From Candidatus Goldiibacteriota bacterium (GTDB lineage Bacteria > Oederibacteriota > PGYV01 > DSYL01): a DNA stretch of 45,036 bases. Within the stretch, counting starts at the first letter, position 1, and each line of letters opens with the position of its first letter. The position numbers and the translations under genes were made by a program. The notes below the pieces were generated by a model. That model was given only the letters and a program-made list of their open reading frames with translations, did no database searches and had not been told where the DNA came from. The stretch covers positions 1 to 45,036 of the forward strand of contig JAOAAI010000014.1 in NCBI GenBank assembly GCA_026418955.1, read 5' to 3'. Of this stretch, positions 17,668 to 27,124 are shown piece by piece.

Positions 17668-18912
17668 TTAATAAATAACTTCCCCGAAATATTCTATTGC
17701 TTTTTTCAATGCATTGCAATCAAAATTTTCCAGTTTAATTCCTTTTTTAATAGCCCTATATGCTGAAATGATACTTTTCATTCCAGCAAAAGGACCATCG
17801 GGATGATCAAAAATTCCGCTTCCACATAAAAACAAAAAATCACTATTTTTTATTTTTCGCAAATTCACAGGCAATTTACCGGCCCACTCACCACCTGATG
17901 ATACCGGTAAAGCTTTTTTTATATGCCAAAGTTTTTCTGTGCAGGCAGAAAAATTTTTGAGAACCTCTTCATCTTTTTCGTAAAGCGAACTTTCAATGCC
18001 GCCACACTGTATCATATCACCACCGCATATTCTTACAAGTTTTGTAAATAAATTTGATGTAAGGCCAATATATTCACTCCTTAAAATAGCCACGGAAAAA
18101 TCACGATGACAGTGTATAGGTAATTCAGTATATTCTGCAAGTTTTTTAAGAAGCGGAAAACCACCCGCAAGCACATTATACATAATTGCTTTTCCACCAT
18201 ATTTTTTTACTGTATCATGAAGTAAAAAAATCTTATCCGGATAATCAGTTATATTAAATGCATACATTGTGATTTTTCCTGTTTTCTCATATGCCTTTTT
18301 TAATCCTGAACTAACGGCTTTTGCTCTTTGTTTGATTGTATTATAAGAAACATCCCCTAAAAGCTCATCATCTTTTATAAAATCAGCACCAGCTAAAGCC
18401 ACATTAAAAGCAAGTTCAGCAATTTCCTTTGCAGTGAGTCCAACACAGGGCTTTATAATAGCGCCAAAAAGTGGTCGTCTTTTGGCATTTATTATATCTC
18501 TTGTCCCTTCAAGGCCAAATTTAGGGCCCTTAAAAAATTTAATAAAATCCAGTGTGAATTTAATATCCAAAACTTTTAATGCGGTTAATTCTTTTAAATC
18601 GAATATCTCACCTGCAACAGTAGTTAGAAACTGAGCAATATTACCCCCAAAATTACGAACCGGAAAAGATAAAATTACACTTGCACAATTTACCCTTTTA
18701 CCGTTTTTAACCCGGGTTGGTAATTCATATTTATTTTTATATCCTGTTAATTTAATTTTTTTAATAATTGCACTGTATTTTTCTAATTTCTTTCGGACTT
18801 TTTTATTAATATTTTTCTGAATGCCAATCGATTGTATTCCTGCCATTTTTTCTGCTATTTCTTCTGGATGCTTTATTGTTTCAATATAATATTCAACATC
18901 AATATAACTCAT
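17668..18912 (-). CDS. RuBisCO large-subunit-like protein (form IV-like RLP, not a carboxylase)
   Basis: 414 aa with GADFIKDDE (K201/D203/E204 equivalents), IIKPCVGL (K175 kept, K177->C) and IHCHRD (H294/R295 kept). GGDMIQCGGIESSLYE sits in place of GGDHIHSGTVVGKLEG (H327->Q, loop-6 K334 absent). PVSSGG is also present. Confidence 0.8.
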   Translation of the reverse strand: MSYIDVEYYIETIKHPEEIAEKMAGIQSIGIQKNINKKVRKKLEKYSAIIKKIKLTGYKNKYELPTRVKNGKRVNCASVILSFPVRNFGGNIAQFLTTVAGEIFDLKELTALKVLDIKFTLDFIKFFKGPKFGLEGTRDIINAKRRPLFGAIIKPCVGLTAKEIAELAFNVALAGADFIKDDELLGDVSYNTIKQRAKAVSSGLKKAYEKTGKITMYAFNITDYPDKIFLLHDTVKKYGGKAIMYNVLAGGFPLLKKLAEYTELPIHCHRDFSVAILRSEYIGLTSNLFTKLVRICGGDMIQCGGIESSLYEKDEEVLKNFSACTEKLWHIKKALPVSSGGEWAGKLPVNLRKIKNSDFLFLCGSGIFDHPDGPFAGMKSIISAYRAIKKGIKLENFDCNALKKAIEYFGEVIY

Positions 18913-20318
18913 TTTATATAAACCCCCTCAGAAATTATATTTATATTCAAACCATTTGCTTCTCCGGATTTGTAAATTATTTCTTTTGCACCTTTTATTC
19001 TTTCTTTTTCTTTTAAAAGGTCAGATAAAAAAACACTTTGATTATTTATAATCACGTTGCCATTTTTTGCATGTATGAAAAAATCTGCAGGTCCTTTTAT
19101 TTTAATATTTTTATTAAAAAATATTATAATATTTCCCTTTCGCGCCTTCAAATAAATGTCTTTTAATTCAGAATTATTAATCGGAGAAAAAATTATATCT
19201 CCTTTTCCTGTATAAAAAACACAATTTTCAAGATTACCTTCTGCCTCATATGTAATTGAACCTTTCTTGACATTTGCTGTTATTTGATGATAAATAGCAG
19301 GAATTTCAAAATTTATTATAGAATTCAATTCAGAAAATAATCCTTTTTTTATTATTTTAAAAATGATATTGCTTTTATCTCCTTCATTTTTTAAATCTAT
19401 GCTTTCTTCGTATTTTCTTTTTGGCGCTGCAAATCCGCTCGCATTTATTAAAAGTTTAATTTTGTCATTGTTTTTTTTAAATTTTATATCGCCCTCATCA
19501 ATATTTATTGAAAAGAGTAAATTATTTTTATATTCACTGAATTCATATTTTTTTTCCCTGTAAAAAGGTGTAGCAAGCAAAAAAATAAAAATAAGTACTA
19601 TGACCAAAACAAACATAACAGTAAATTCTATAATTCTATTTTTTGTAAATACTGTCTTTGTAAAATATTCTTCAATATAACCAGAAACCAGTAAAGATAC
19701 CTCCGCAGAAACAAATGTAAAAATTCCTGCCCAAATAACATCAGATAAAAAATGCGCACCCTGTGCCATTCTTGAAATGCCAATTGCAAATCCGAATAAT
19801 AATGAAAACAATAATGTGATGTATGCCTGTAGTTTTCTTTTATTTCTTAAAACAACAAAAAAAGAATAAAAAATAAAACCCATTGAACAATGACCGCAGG
19901 GAAAAGAATGTCCTTTACCCGGTACGCCCAATTCAAAAACTTTTCTGTATTTCCAATCCCCTTTGAATTCCGATATTTCCCTGGGCCTTGGTCTTCCTGA
20001 AAAATTTTTACCAATAACATTGACAAGTAATCCCGGTCCTAAAATCAAAGCGAGTAAAAATATTATTGCTGGTTTTCTGAATTTTAGTAAAAATCCATAA
20101 AAATTTCCAATACTCAAAATTATAACAGAAATTATTCCGACAAAAAGAGCCGGATAGATTGCGTAATTATAAAAAAATAAAACAAAGAAATTATCTTTAT
20201 ATTTCCAGTCATTTGAATTATCATAAAAAATCTTCTGTATATCAATATCTATATTTGAAAACCAAAAAGGTATTATAAAAACAGCAACAAATAAAATTAT
20301 TAAAAAAATTTTTTTCAT
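18909..20318 (-). CDS. PAP2-family membrane (lipid) phosphatase fused to a C-terminal DUF4097-like beta-rich domain
   Basis: PAP2 motifs GRPRPRE, SFPCGHCSMGF and SRMAQGAHFLSDV in a polytopic N-terminal half. The repetitive beta-strand C-terminal half (GDIKF..., KGSITYEA, KGDIIFSP, KGNIIIFF, NGNVIIN) resembles the putative-adhesin DUF4097. Confidence 0.7.
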   Translation of the reverse strand: MKKIFLIILFVAVFIIPFWFSNIDIDIQKIFYDNSNDWKYKDNFFVLFFYNYAIYPALFVGIISVIILSIGNFYGFLLKFRKPAIIFLLALILGPGLLVNVIGKNFSGRPRPREISEFKGDWKYRKVFELGVPGKGHSFPCGHCSMGFIFYSFFVVLRNKRKLQAYITLLFSLLFGFAIGISRMAQGAHFLSDVIWAGIFTFVSAEVSLLVSGYIEEYFTKTVFTKNRIIEFTVMFVLVIVLIFIFLLATPFYREKKYEFSEYKNNLLFSINIDEGDIKFKKNNDKIKLLINASGFAAPKRKYEESIDLKNEGDKSNIIFKIIKKGLFSELNSIINFEIPAIYHQITANVKKGSITYEAEGNLENCVFYTGKGDIIFSPINNSELKDIYLKARKGNIIIFFNKNIKIKGPADFFIHAKNGNVIINNQSVFLSDLLKEKERIKGAKEIIYKSGEANGLNINIISEGVYIK

Positions 20319-20325
20319 AAAATTA

Positions 20326-20745
20326 TCAATACAGAACTATATCAAGTGGCTTTTTTAATTTATGATAAACACTTTCTACTTCGAGGTTTTCTGTTATTTT
20401 TATTTCTATATTCTCAGAAAGTGCAATTATTGCGTGCCATATTCCTTTATTCAGGCAAACCGGTTTATCAAGTAAAAACGCTTCTATCTTTTCAGGTTTT
20501 TTCCTTTCTGCCACAATAATAACTGAAATCCCTTTTACCGGCTCGAATGTTTCAAAAGAAAAAGGATGGGCCTCAAGAATTTTTGCTTTTTGCGGTTTTA
20601 ATAATAAATATCCTATTCGCCAGCCAATCTTTTCTTCTTCCCTGCATATCACATCAAAAATTTTCTTTTTATTTTTAAACTCGATTATGATTCCATATTT
20701 TTTAAAACTTTCCGTACTTAAATTCTGAATTTTAATCATTTTCAT
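20326..20745 (-). CDS. Ureidoglycolate-lyase (AllA)-like cupin-fold protein
   Basis: 139 aa. LSTESFKKYGIIIE, EAHPFSFETFEPVKGISVIIVAE and KGIWHAIIAL resemble the AllA family pattern. Assignment by eye only. Confidence 0.45.
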   Translation of the reverse strand: MKMIKIQNLSTESFKKYGIIIEFKNKKKIFDVICREEEKIGWRIGYLLLKPQKAKILEAHPFSFETFEPVKGISVIIVAERKKPEKIEAFLLDKPVCLNKGIWHAIIALSENIEIKITENLEVESVYHKLKKPLDIVLY

Positions 20746-23375
20746 CTCTTTTTTGTTTTTTCCGGCCGTAAAATAACCAAACAGTAATTTTCAGTATCAA
20801 TATACCTGTCAATTATATCCTCTATATCCTCTTTTTCCACTTTCATTATTTCATCTAAAAATTCATCAACTTTTTTATAACCTAATCCTACAATTTCATA
20901 AAACCCATAAGAATCTGCCTGGGCTGCATAGTCCTGCATCCCAACTTTGAACATACCCGAGATAAAATTCTTTGCGGATTTTATTTCTTCTTCTGTAACG
21001 CCATTTTTTTTCAAATCCTTTAAAATTTTTAATATTTCATCAATTACCTCTTTTCCTTTTGAAGGGTCCGTGGAAGTATATATTTTAAAAGAACCATTTT
21101 CAATGTTTCTATCAAAGGTTGAAAAAATTGTATAACAAAGATTTTTTTTGTCCCTTATCTCTGAAAATAATCGAGAATCCATACCACCGCTTAAAATGTT
21201 ATCTAACACTCTAAATGCAAAATAATCCCGTGATGACATTTTTGGACCCAAAAAACCAAGCAAAATATGTGTCTGATTTTTATCAAGTATTTCTTCCCTT
21301 ATTTTTTTTCTTTTTGTGATTTTAACAGGTAAATTTATTTCTGGCAGTTTGCCGAATTTTAGTTCATTAAAATTTTTTTCAATCACACTTTCAACTTTTT
21401 CAAAATCAATATTTCCAACTACTGAAATTATCAAATTATTTGCTTTTACATATTTTGAATGCCATTCTTTTATTTTTTGGGAAGGAATCCTATTAACCGA
21501 ATCAACATCGCCTGGTATATAAAAACCATAGGGGTGCCATTCAAAAAATTCCTCATTATAAATTTTGTTTATATATGCCTCGGGATTATCTTTTATTCTT
21601 TCTATACTGTTAATGATGTTTTGTTTTTCTTTTTTTATTTCTGCAAGTTCAAAAGCCGGATTTATAATTATATCAGCAAGAAGTTCTATAGCCGGTTCAA
21701 AATTACTGTTTAAAATTTCCACTCCCCAGCCAAAACAGTCCTTTCTTATATTTTTTTCAATTGACATACCGAGTGCATCAATTGCTTTTGCAAGTTCTAA
21801 AGCATTTTTCTTTTTTGTTCCTTTCATCATCACATCAAGCATTAAATTCGTAATTCCCCTATAGTATCCCTGATTCTCTCCACCTTCGTAAATTACACCG
21901 CCCTTAAAAATAATATCAATGGCAACTATATCTGTGTTATTTAATTTTTTGTGTATTAAAAAAATACCGTTATTTAAGCTTTTCGAATTAACAATATTTA
22001 CAGGACTTTCTTTTGATTCATCCTTTATCTGAATTAAATCTTTTATGCTTTCTGTATCTTTGAATTTTTCAAAATATTTTTTTTCTTTTTCAGGATAATA
22101 AAGCACAATACCTGCATTATTGAGTCCAAAATATTTTTTTGCAACTACTTCTATATCATCCACAGTTACTCTTTTCAACCTATCATAATATTCATAATAA
22201 AAATTAAAATCTTTCAGAATTTCATAATAACCGAGATTTAAAGCAATATTTTCAACTTTCATATTTTCTTTTGCTTCTTCTGTTATTATTTCAACTTTTA
22301 CTTTATCTAGTTCTTCCTGTTTTATACCGAAATTTTTTATTTTTTCAAGTTCCGAAAAAATCTCTTGTAATGTTTCTTCGTATTTTTTTTCTCTGAAAAG
22401 AGATGTTATTACAAAAATACCGCCGTATTTTCCTACAAAAATATCTGTATCAATACTGTCAACAAGTTGTTTTTTTTCTTTTATTTCCTGGATAAGAATA
22501 GAACTTTCAGAACCTGCTAAAATCCGCGCCAGTATCTCAAGCGCCGGAATTTCCTCTGATAAGGCATCCGGGATATTAAATGAGAGCGCAAGATACCGAC
22601 CATCTATTTTGCCACTGTATGCTTTATATTTTAAACCGGAATTAATTTTATTTTCTTCCTTTGAAATTTTTTCTGTGTCTTTTTTAGGCAATTTCCCATA
22701 GGTTTCTCTTATTAAAGCTGCTGCTTTTTTTGCATCAACATCTCCAGCAATAACAATCACTAAATTATCAGGAGAATAAAATTTTTTATAATAATTTATC
22801 AATTTTTCTTTTTTTATTTTTTTCAATATTTCAGGATAACCTATTATCGGGTCCTTGTAATAACTTTTAAAAACAAGATTTATAAGTTTCTGCCATAAAA
22901 ATGTATATGGTCTGTCAAGCCCCATATAAAGTTCATTTAAAATGACTTCTCTTTCTTTTTCTAACTCTTTTTCATCAAATACAGAATTTGTAATTACATC
23001 ATATTCAATCTCGAGCCCTTTCTCAAAGTGTTCAGAAGGTAATACTATAATATAATTGGTAGCATCATAAGAAGTAAAAGCATTATTATAACCACCCAAT
23101 GCTTTTATTTCCTTATCTATTTCTCCAACACCTCTTTTTTCTGTTCCTTTAAACATCATATGCTCAATGAAATGCGATATCCCTTTTTCTTCATCCCCTT
23201 CATACGCCGCACCTGTTTTTACCCAGAAATTTAAAGCGCAAACCGGGGCAAGATGATTCTCATAAATCAAAACCGTCAATCCATTATCAAATTTTTCTTT
23301 ATATACATTATCATAAGCCATAAGTATACCTTCCATAGATAAAATTAAAAACAAAAAAATTTTAAGAATTTTCAT
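20742..23375 (-). CDS. Fused two-unit M16 (pitrilysin-family) zinc peptidase
   Basis: 877 aa with a signal peptide. The active-type HxxEH motif (SHFIEHMMFKGT) is in the first half. The second M16-like half lacks the motif (ITNLMLDVMMKGT). Confidence 0.85.
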   Translation of the reverse strand: MKILKIFLFLILSMEGILMAYDNVYKEKFDNGLTVLIYENHLAPVCALNFWVKTGAAYEGDEEKGISHFIEHMMFKGTEKRGVGEIDKEIKALGGYNNAFTSYDATNYIIVLPSEHFEKGLEIEYDVITNSVFDEKELEKEREVILNELYMGLDRPYTFLWQKLINLVFKSYYKDPIIGYPEILKKIKKEKLINYYKKFYSPDNLVIVIAGDVDAKKAAALIRETYGKLPKKDTEKISKEENKINSGLKYKAYSGKIDGRYLALSFNIPDALSEEIPALEILARILAGSESSILIQEIKEKKQLVDSIDTDIFVGKYGGIFVITSLFREKKYEETLQEIFSELEKIKNFGIKQEELDKVKVEIITEEAKENMKVENIALNLGYYEILKDFNFYYEYYDRLKRVTVDDIEVVAKKYFGLNNAGIVLYYPEKEKKYFEKFKDTESIKDLIQIKDESKESPVNIVNSKSLNNGIFLIHKKLNNTDIVAIDIIFKGGVIYEGGENQGYYRGITNLMLDVMMKGTKKKNALELAKAIDALGMSIEKNIRKDCFGWGVEILNSNFEPAIELLADIIINPAFELAEIKKEKQNIINSIERIKDNPEAYINKIYNEEFFEWHPYGFYIPGDVDSVNRIPSQKIKEWHSKYVKANNLIISVVGNIDFEKVESVIEKNFNELKFGKLPEINLPVKITKRKKIREEILDKNQTHILLGFLGPKMSSRDYFAFRVLDNILSGGMDSRLFSEIRDKKNLCYTIFSTFDRNIENGSFKIYTSTDPSKGKEVIDEILKILKDLKKNGVTEEEIKSAKNFISGMFKVGMQDYAAQADSYGFYEIVGLGYKKVDEFLDEIMKVEKEDIEDIIDRYIDTENYCLVILRPEKTKKR

Positions 23376-23386
23376 AAATTACCTTT

Positions 23387-24352
23387 TTATCTTATTTCTG
23401 TTAATATAAATCTTGATTTTTCTTTTGTTTTTATCACAACTCTTAAAAGATTTATTGGCAGAAAAACAACATCGCCTGCTTTTAATTTATAAATTTTGTT
23501 TTTATAAAATAATTTTAAGTTACCGTAAAGAACAGTTAATAATGATGGTTTTTTAATATTATAACACTTTTCGTAATTTTTTTCTATTGTTGTTTCATAA
23601 ATACTAAAATATCGGCATTTTATAAGGTGATTTATTTTATAATTTTTATTACTTGTATATCTTTGTTTTTTTATTTTTCCTGCTGATTTATTAAATTTTA
23701 TAACCGCTCTTGCCTTATCAAGATGCAATTGCCTTGGCTTTTTTTGTATTAATCTATCCCAGTCATAAACCCGGTATGTCACATCAGAATTCTGTTGTAT
23801 CTCCAGAACCACATTACCTTTAAGTAACGTATGTAATGTACCAGAAGGAATGAAAAAACAATCATATTTTTTTGTTTTATATTTTTTTAAAAACTTAAGT
23901 ATCTGTTTGCCTGAAAATATTTTTCCTTTTATTTTCTGTTTTGTTCCAAGAAAAATTCCTGCATTTCTAGATGAATTTATAATATACCAGACCTCTGATT
24001 TACCTAAAGAATTCTCATTCTTTAAAGCATATTTATCATCGGGATGAACCTGAACTGATAAATTTTCTTTTGCTTCTATAAATTTTAAAAGAACCGGGAA
24101 ATTTTTTTTGTATTTTTTAGCAATCTTTTGTCCAACCATATTTTTTCTAAATTTTTTATAAATTTCTGATAATTTTTTACCCTTATAAATACCATTTTTT
24201 ATTATTGAACTTTCATTTTTTTGATCAGCAAAAAACCAAACTTCTCCTATATTTTTTTTGCTTTTTATTGTTAAAAATTTTTTCAGAAAGTTACCACCCC
24301 AGATTTTTTCTTTTATAATCGGCTTTACAAACATTGGATATGATATAAACAT
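23387..24352 (-). CDS. manA: Mannose-6-phosphate isomerase, class I
   Basis: 321 aa with KIWGG, SVQVHPDD, SEVWYII and PSGTLHTL motifs. RBS AGGAG. Confidence 0.75.
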   Translation of the reverse strand: MFISYPMFVKPIIKEKIWGGNFLKKFLTIKSKKNIGEVWFFADQKNESSIIKNGIYKGKKLSEIYKKFRKNMVGQKIAKKYKKNFPVLLKFIEAKENLSVQVHPDDKYALKNENSLGKSEVWYIINSSRNAGIFLGTKQKIKGKIFSGKQILKFLKKYKTKKYDCFFIPSGTLHTLLKGNVVLEIQQNSDVTYRVYDWDRLIQKKPRQLHLDKARAVIKFNKSAGKIKKQRYTSNKNYKINHLIKCRYFSIYETTIEKNYEKCYNIKKPSLLTVLYGNLKLFYKNKIYKLKAGDVVFLPINLLRVVIKTKEKSRFILTEIR

Positions 24353-24365
24353 ATCTTTCTCCTGT

Positions 24366-26372
24366 TCAATAATTCTTTATTATTCTTGTTTCTGGATAAT
24401 AATGCAATAAAATCTCTTTATAATCTTTTCCTTTATCAGCCATAGCTTTAACTCCACGTTGGCACATTCCTACCCCGTGTCCCCAACCAGCACCATAAAT
24501 AAATATTTCATCTATAAATCCATTTTCATCTTTTGAATATTCCCATTTAATAATATTACTTCTTATTTTTCCAAGAACATTTCTTAAAGGATCAAATTTA
24601 AAATTTTTTACACCTTTTTCGCCTATAACACGCATTTCTGTTAAAGCACCGTATTTTGCGCGTTTTATGGGTTCTATATCTTTTATTTTGCCTACCTTTT
24701 CTTTCTTATTGATATACATTGTTAAACTCTCAGAATTAAAATATCTTATCCATCTGAAACTTATTTCATTATCACCGGTTGCTTTGCAATAAGCATCCGG
24801 CAAACTCCTTACCCACTGTTCAAAATAAAAAGGGGAAAGTGGAAATTGCCAGTTATTTTTTTCACCGTCATATACTCCTTTTAAACTTTGAATTCTTTTA
24901 AATCCCCAAACATCTGCTACATCTTGTGTATGACCGCCACAACAATGTGAATAAAATGTATCTATAAATTCTTCATTTTTATCTATAAGAACTTCTCCTA
25001 TTGTTTCATCAACAGCTTCATTGGTTTTTTTATTTTCACCTGATATGCCCTTATAAACCGCACAGTGCTGAGTTGCGCATAAATCAAACCCTTCTTTTCT
25101 ATGCTGGTCAAGATGTTTTAATGTATATGTCCTCGCCGCAACCGCCTGGGCCTTTAATGCTTCCTTATGCCATTGCGTTGGTATTTCAGAAGGCACAACC
25201 CCATATAAATATTCTTCTATATTTATCAAATTTATAAGGTTTATTTTTTTATTTACCACAAGTATCATAAAATCTCCGCGGTAAGTTGTATCTTTTTTTT
25301 CTGACCAGTAAAACCCTTCACCGTGACGGATATTATAGATACTTGTTGTGGAATCTTTATTCTGCCTCATAATAAAAATCCTGTCCTTAAAATAAATTTT
25401 TTCTCCATTAAAACTTAAAAAAGCCCGGGTATTATCAAAATCAATATTGTATTCCCTTAATTTTTCGCCCTTGAACATAAATTTGCCTTTTTCATCGCGA
25501 ATTTCAAAATCGCCACCACATTTGAATGAAATTGAATCCACTTCTTTAAGCAATCCAACTTTAATTATGGGTATCTCTGCTGATGCCATTGTTTTTTTAT
25601 CTGGTGGTATATATATTTCTCTTTTTTGTTTTATTTCTTTATCATATTCTTCTTTCTTTATTTTTAGTTCTTCTATATTTGCCACATAATAACTTATTCT
25701 TTCATTCGCTTCTTCGTCTTTCGGGTCAATATTATTCATAATAACCCAGTATTTATAGGAATTTAAAAAATCTTTTATTTTTTCATAAAGCCGTGCAATT
25801 TTTTTGTTCAATTCTGTATATGTTTTGTCAGCGGCAATTGCCTTTTTGTAATAACTTATTGCTTCTTCGATGTTTTCTTTTTCTATATAGAGTTCTGCAA
25901 TTTTAATATAAATAATAACTTTTCTTGTATCAAGTTTTAATGCTTCATTGAATTTTTCAAGGGCTTCTTCAAACTTTTTCTCTTTTAATAAAATACAACC
26001 CCACCAAAAATAAACTTCCCAGTTAATTATATTCGAATTCAAAAAAAAATTAATTTCTTTTTCCGCCTCTTCATATTTTTTTAAAAAATAAAAAATTTTT
26101 GCGAGTTCAAAATGCGCCCTTGCTTCATTATTGTTTATTTCTAGTATTTTTTTATAAATTTCTACTGCTTTTTCATTTTCCCCGAATTCTTTATAAATTG
26201 ATGCTAAATTAAAGTAATCAGTAATATCTTCGCTAAAATAATTTTTATAAATTTTTTCGGGATTTGTTAATTTATTTGAATAATAAAAATCAATTAACGA
26301 CATAAAATTATCCGCATAGCTCATATTTGAAATTAAAATGAAAATAAAAAGAAAATCTTTGAGAAATTTCAT
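24366..26372 (-). CDS. TPR-repeat + SpoIID/LytB-domain protein (peptidoglycan remodelling)
   Basis: 668 aa with a signal peptide and N-terminal TPR repeats. The C-terminal SpoIID-like region has AQAVAARTY, DLCATQHCAVYKG and GWGHGVGMCQ. ATGA overlap with the lptB stop. Confidence 0.8.
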   Translation of the reverse strand: MKFLKDFLFIFILISNMSYADNFMSLIDFYYSNKLTNPEKIYKNYFSEDITDYFNLASIYKEFGENEKAVEIYKKILEINNNEARAHFELAKIFYFLKKYEEAEKEINFFLNSNIINWEVYFWWGCILLKEKKFEEALEKFNEALKLDTRKVIIYIKIAELYIEKENIEEAISYYKKAIAADKTYTELNKKIARLYEKIKDFLNSYKYWVIMNNIDPKDEEANERISYYVANIEELKIKKEEYDKEIKQKREIYIPPDKKTMASAEIPIIKVGLLKEVDSISFKCGGDFEIRDEKGKFMFKGEKLREYNIDFDNTRAFLSFNGEKIYFKDRIFIMRQNKDSTTSIYNIRHGEGFYWSEKKDTTYRGDFMILVVNKKINLINLINIEEYLYGVVPSEIPTQWHKEALKAQAVAARTYTLKHLDQHRKEGFDLCATQHCAVYKGISGENKKTNEAVDETIGEVLIDKNEEFIDTFYSHCCGGHTQDVADVWGFKRIQSLKGVYDGEKNNWQFPLSPFYFEQWVRSLPDAYCKATGDNEISFRWIRYFNSESLTMYINKKEKVGKIKDIEPIKRAKYGALTEMRVIGEKGVKNFKFDPLRNVLGKIRSNIIKWEYSKDENGFIDEIFIYGAGWGHGVGMCQRGVKAMADKGKDYKEILLHYYPETRIIKNY

Positions 26373-27103
26373 AATGTAAATTTTTCCCCTAAATATATTT
26401 CCCTTGCCTTTTTATCATTTATGAGTTTTTTAGCAGAACCTGATAAAAGAATCTTTCCCTGATATAGTATATACGCCCTGTCTGTTATTGATAAAGTTTC
26501 CCTAACATTATGGTCTGTAATTAATATGCCTATTCCTTTTTTCTTTAAATCTTTTATTATATTTTGAATATCAAAAACAGCAATAGGATCAATACCAACA
26601 AATGGTTCATCAAGTAAAATAAAACTCGGAGATAAAACAAGTGAGCGCGCAATTTCAACTCTTCTACGTTCACCGCCAGATAAGGTATATGCTTTCTGTT
26701 TTATAAGGTGAGAAATTTTTAATTCTTCAAGTAAAAATTCCTTTTTTTTCTTTTTTTCTTCTTCCCGTATGTTCATAAATTCAAATATGGCATCAAGATT
26801 TTCTTCAACAGTTAACTTTCTGAATATAGACGGTTCCTGTGATAAATAACTCAACCCCGAAAGTGCCCTTTTATACATAGGAAAATTTGTTATATTTATT
26901 AAATCTTTATCGTCTTTTATAAAAATTTCTCCTGCATCAGGCTGTATTATCCCTAAAATAATATAAAAAGTAGTGGTCTTACCCGCACCATTGGGTCCTA
27001 AAAGTCCAACTATTTCACCTTGTTTTACTTCAATATTTACATCGTTAACCACTTTTTTTCCATTATAAACTTTTACTAGATGTTCTGTTATTAATTCTTT
27101 CAT
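26369..27103 (-). CDS. lptB: LPS export ABC transporter ATP-binding protein
   Basis: 244 aa with GPNGAGKTT, LSGGERRRVEIAR and ILLDEPF. Adjacent to lptA/lptC-like genes. Confidence 0.9.
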   Translation of the reverse strand: MKELITEHLVKVYNGKKVVNDVNIEVKQGEIVGLLGPNGAGKTTTFYIILGIIQPDAGEIFIKDDKDLINITNFPMYKRALSGLSYLSQEPSIFRKLTVEENLDAIFEFMNIREEEKKKKKEFLLEELKISHLIKQKAYTLSGGERRRVEIARSLVLSPSFILLDEPFVGIDPIAVFDIQNIIKDLKKKGIGILITDHNVRETLSITDRAYILYQGKILLSGSAKKLINDKKAREIYLGEKFTL

Positions 27104-27124
27104 TTGCTCTCCTTATCACATTAT

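Noticed and set aside
17495-17719. 74-aa minus-strand ORF bridging the RLP 3' end and the HEAT gene 5' end
   Set aside because: It overlaps two well-supported genes out of frame. The HEAT gene has its own ATG 12 nt after the RLP stop.
17668-18912. A bona fide RuBisCO (form III) indicating CO2 fixation or a nucleotide-salvage pathway
   Set aside because: The loop-6 Lys334 and His327 equivalents are absent (GGDMIQCGGIESS) and Lys177 is Cys. No phosphoribulokinase, AMP phosphorylase or R15P isomerase genes lie nearby. It is therefore called an RLP.
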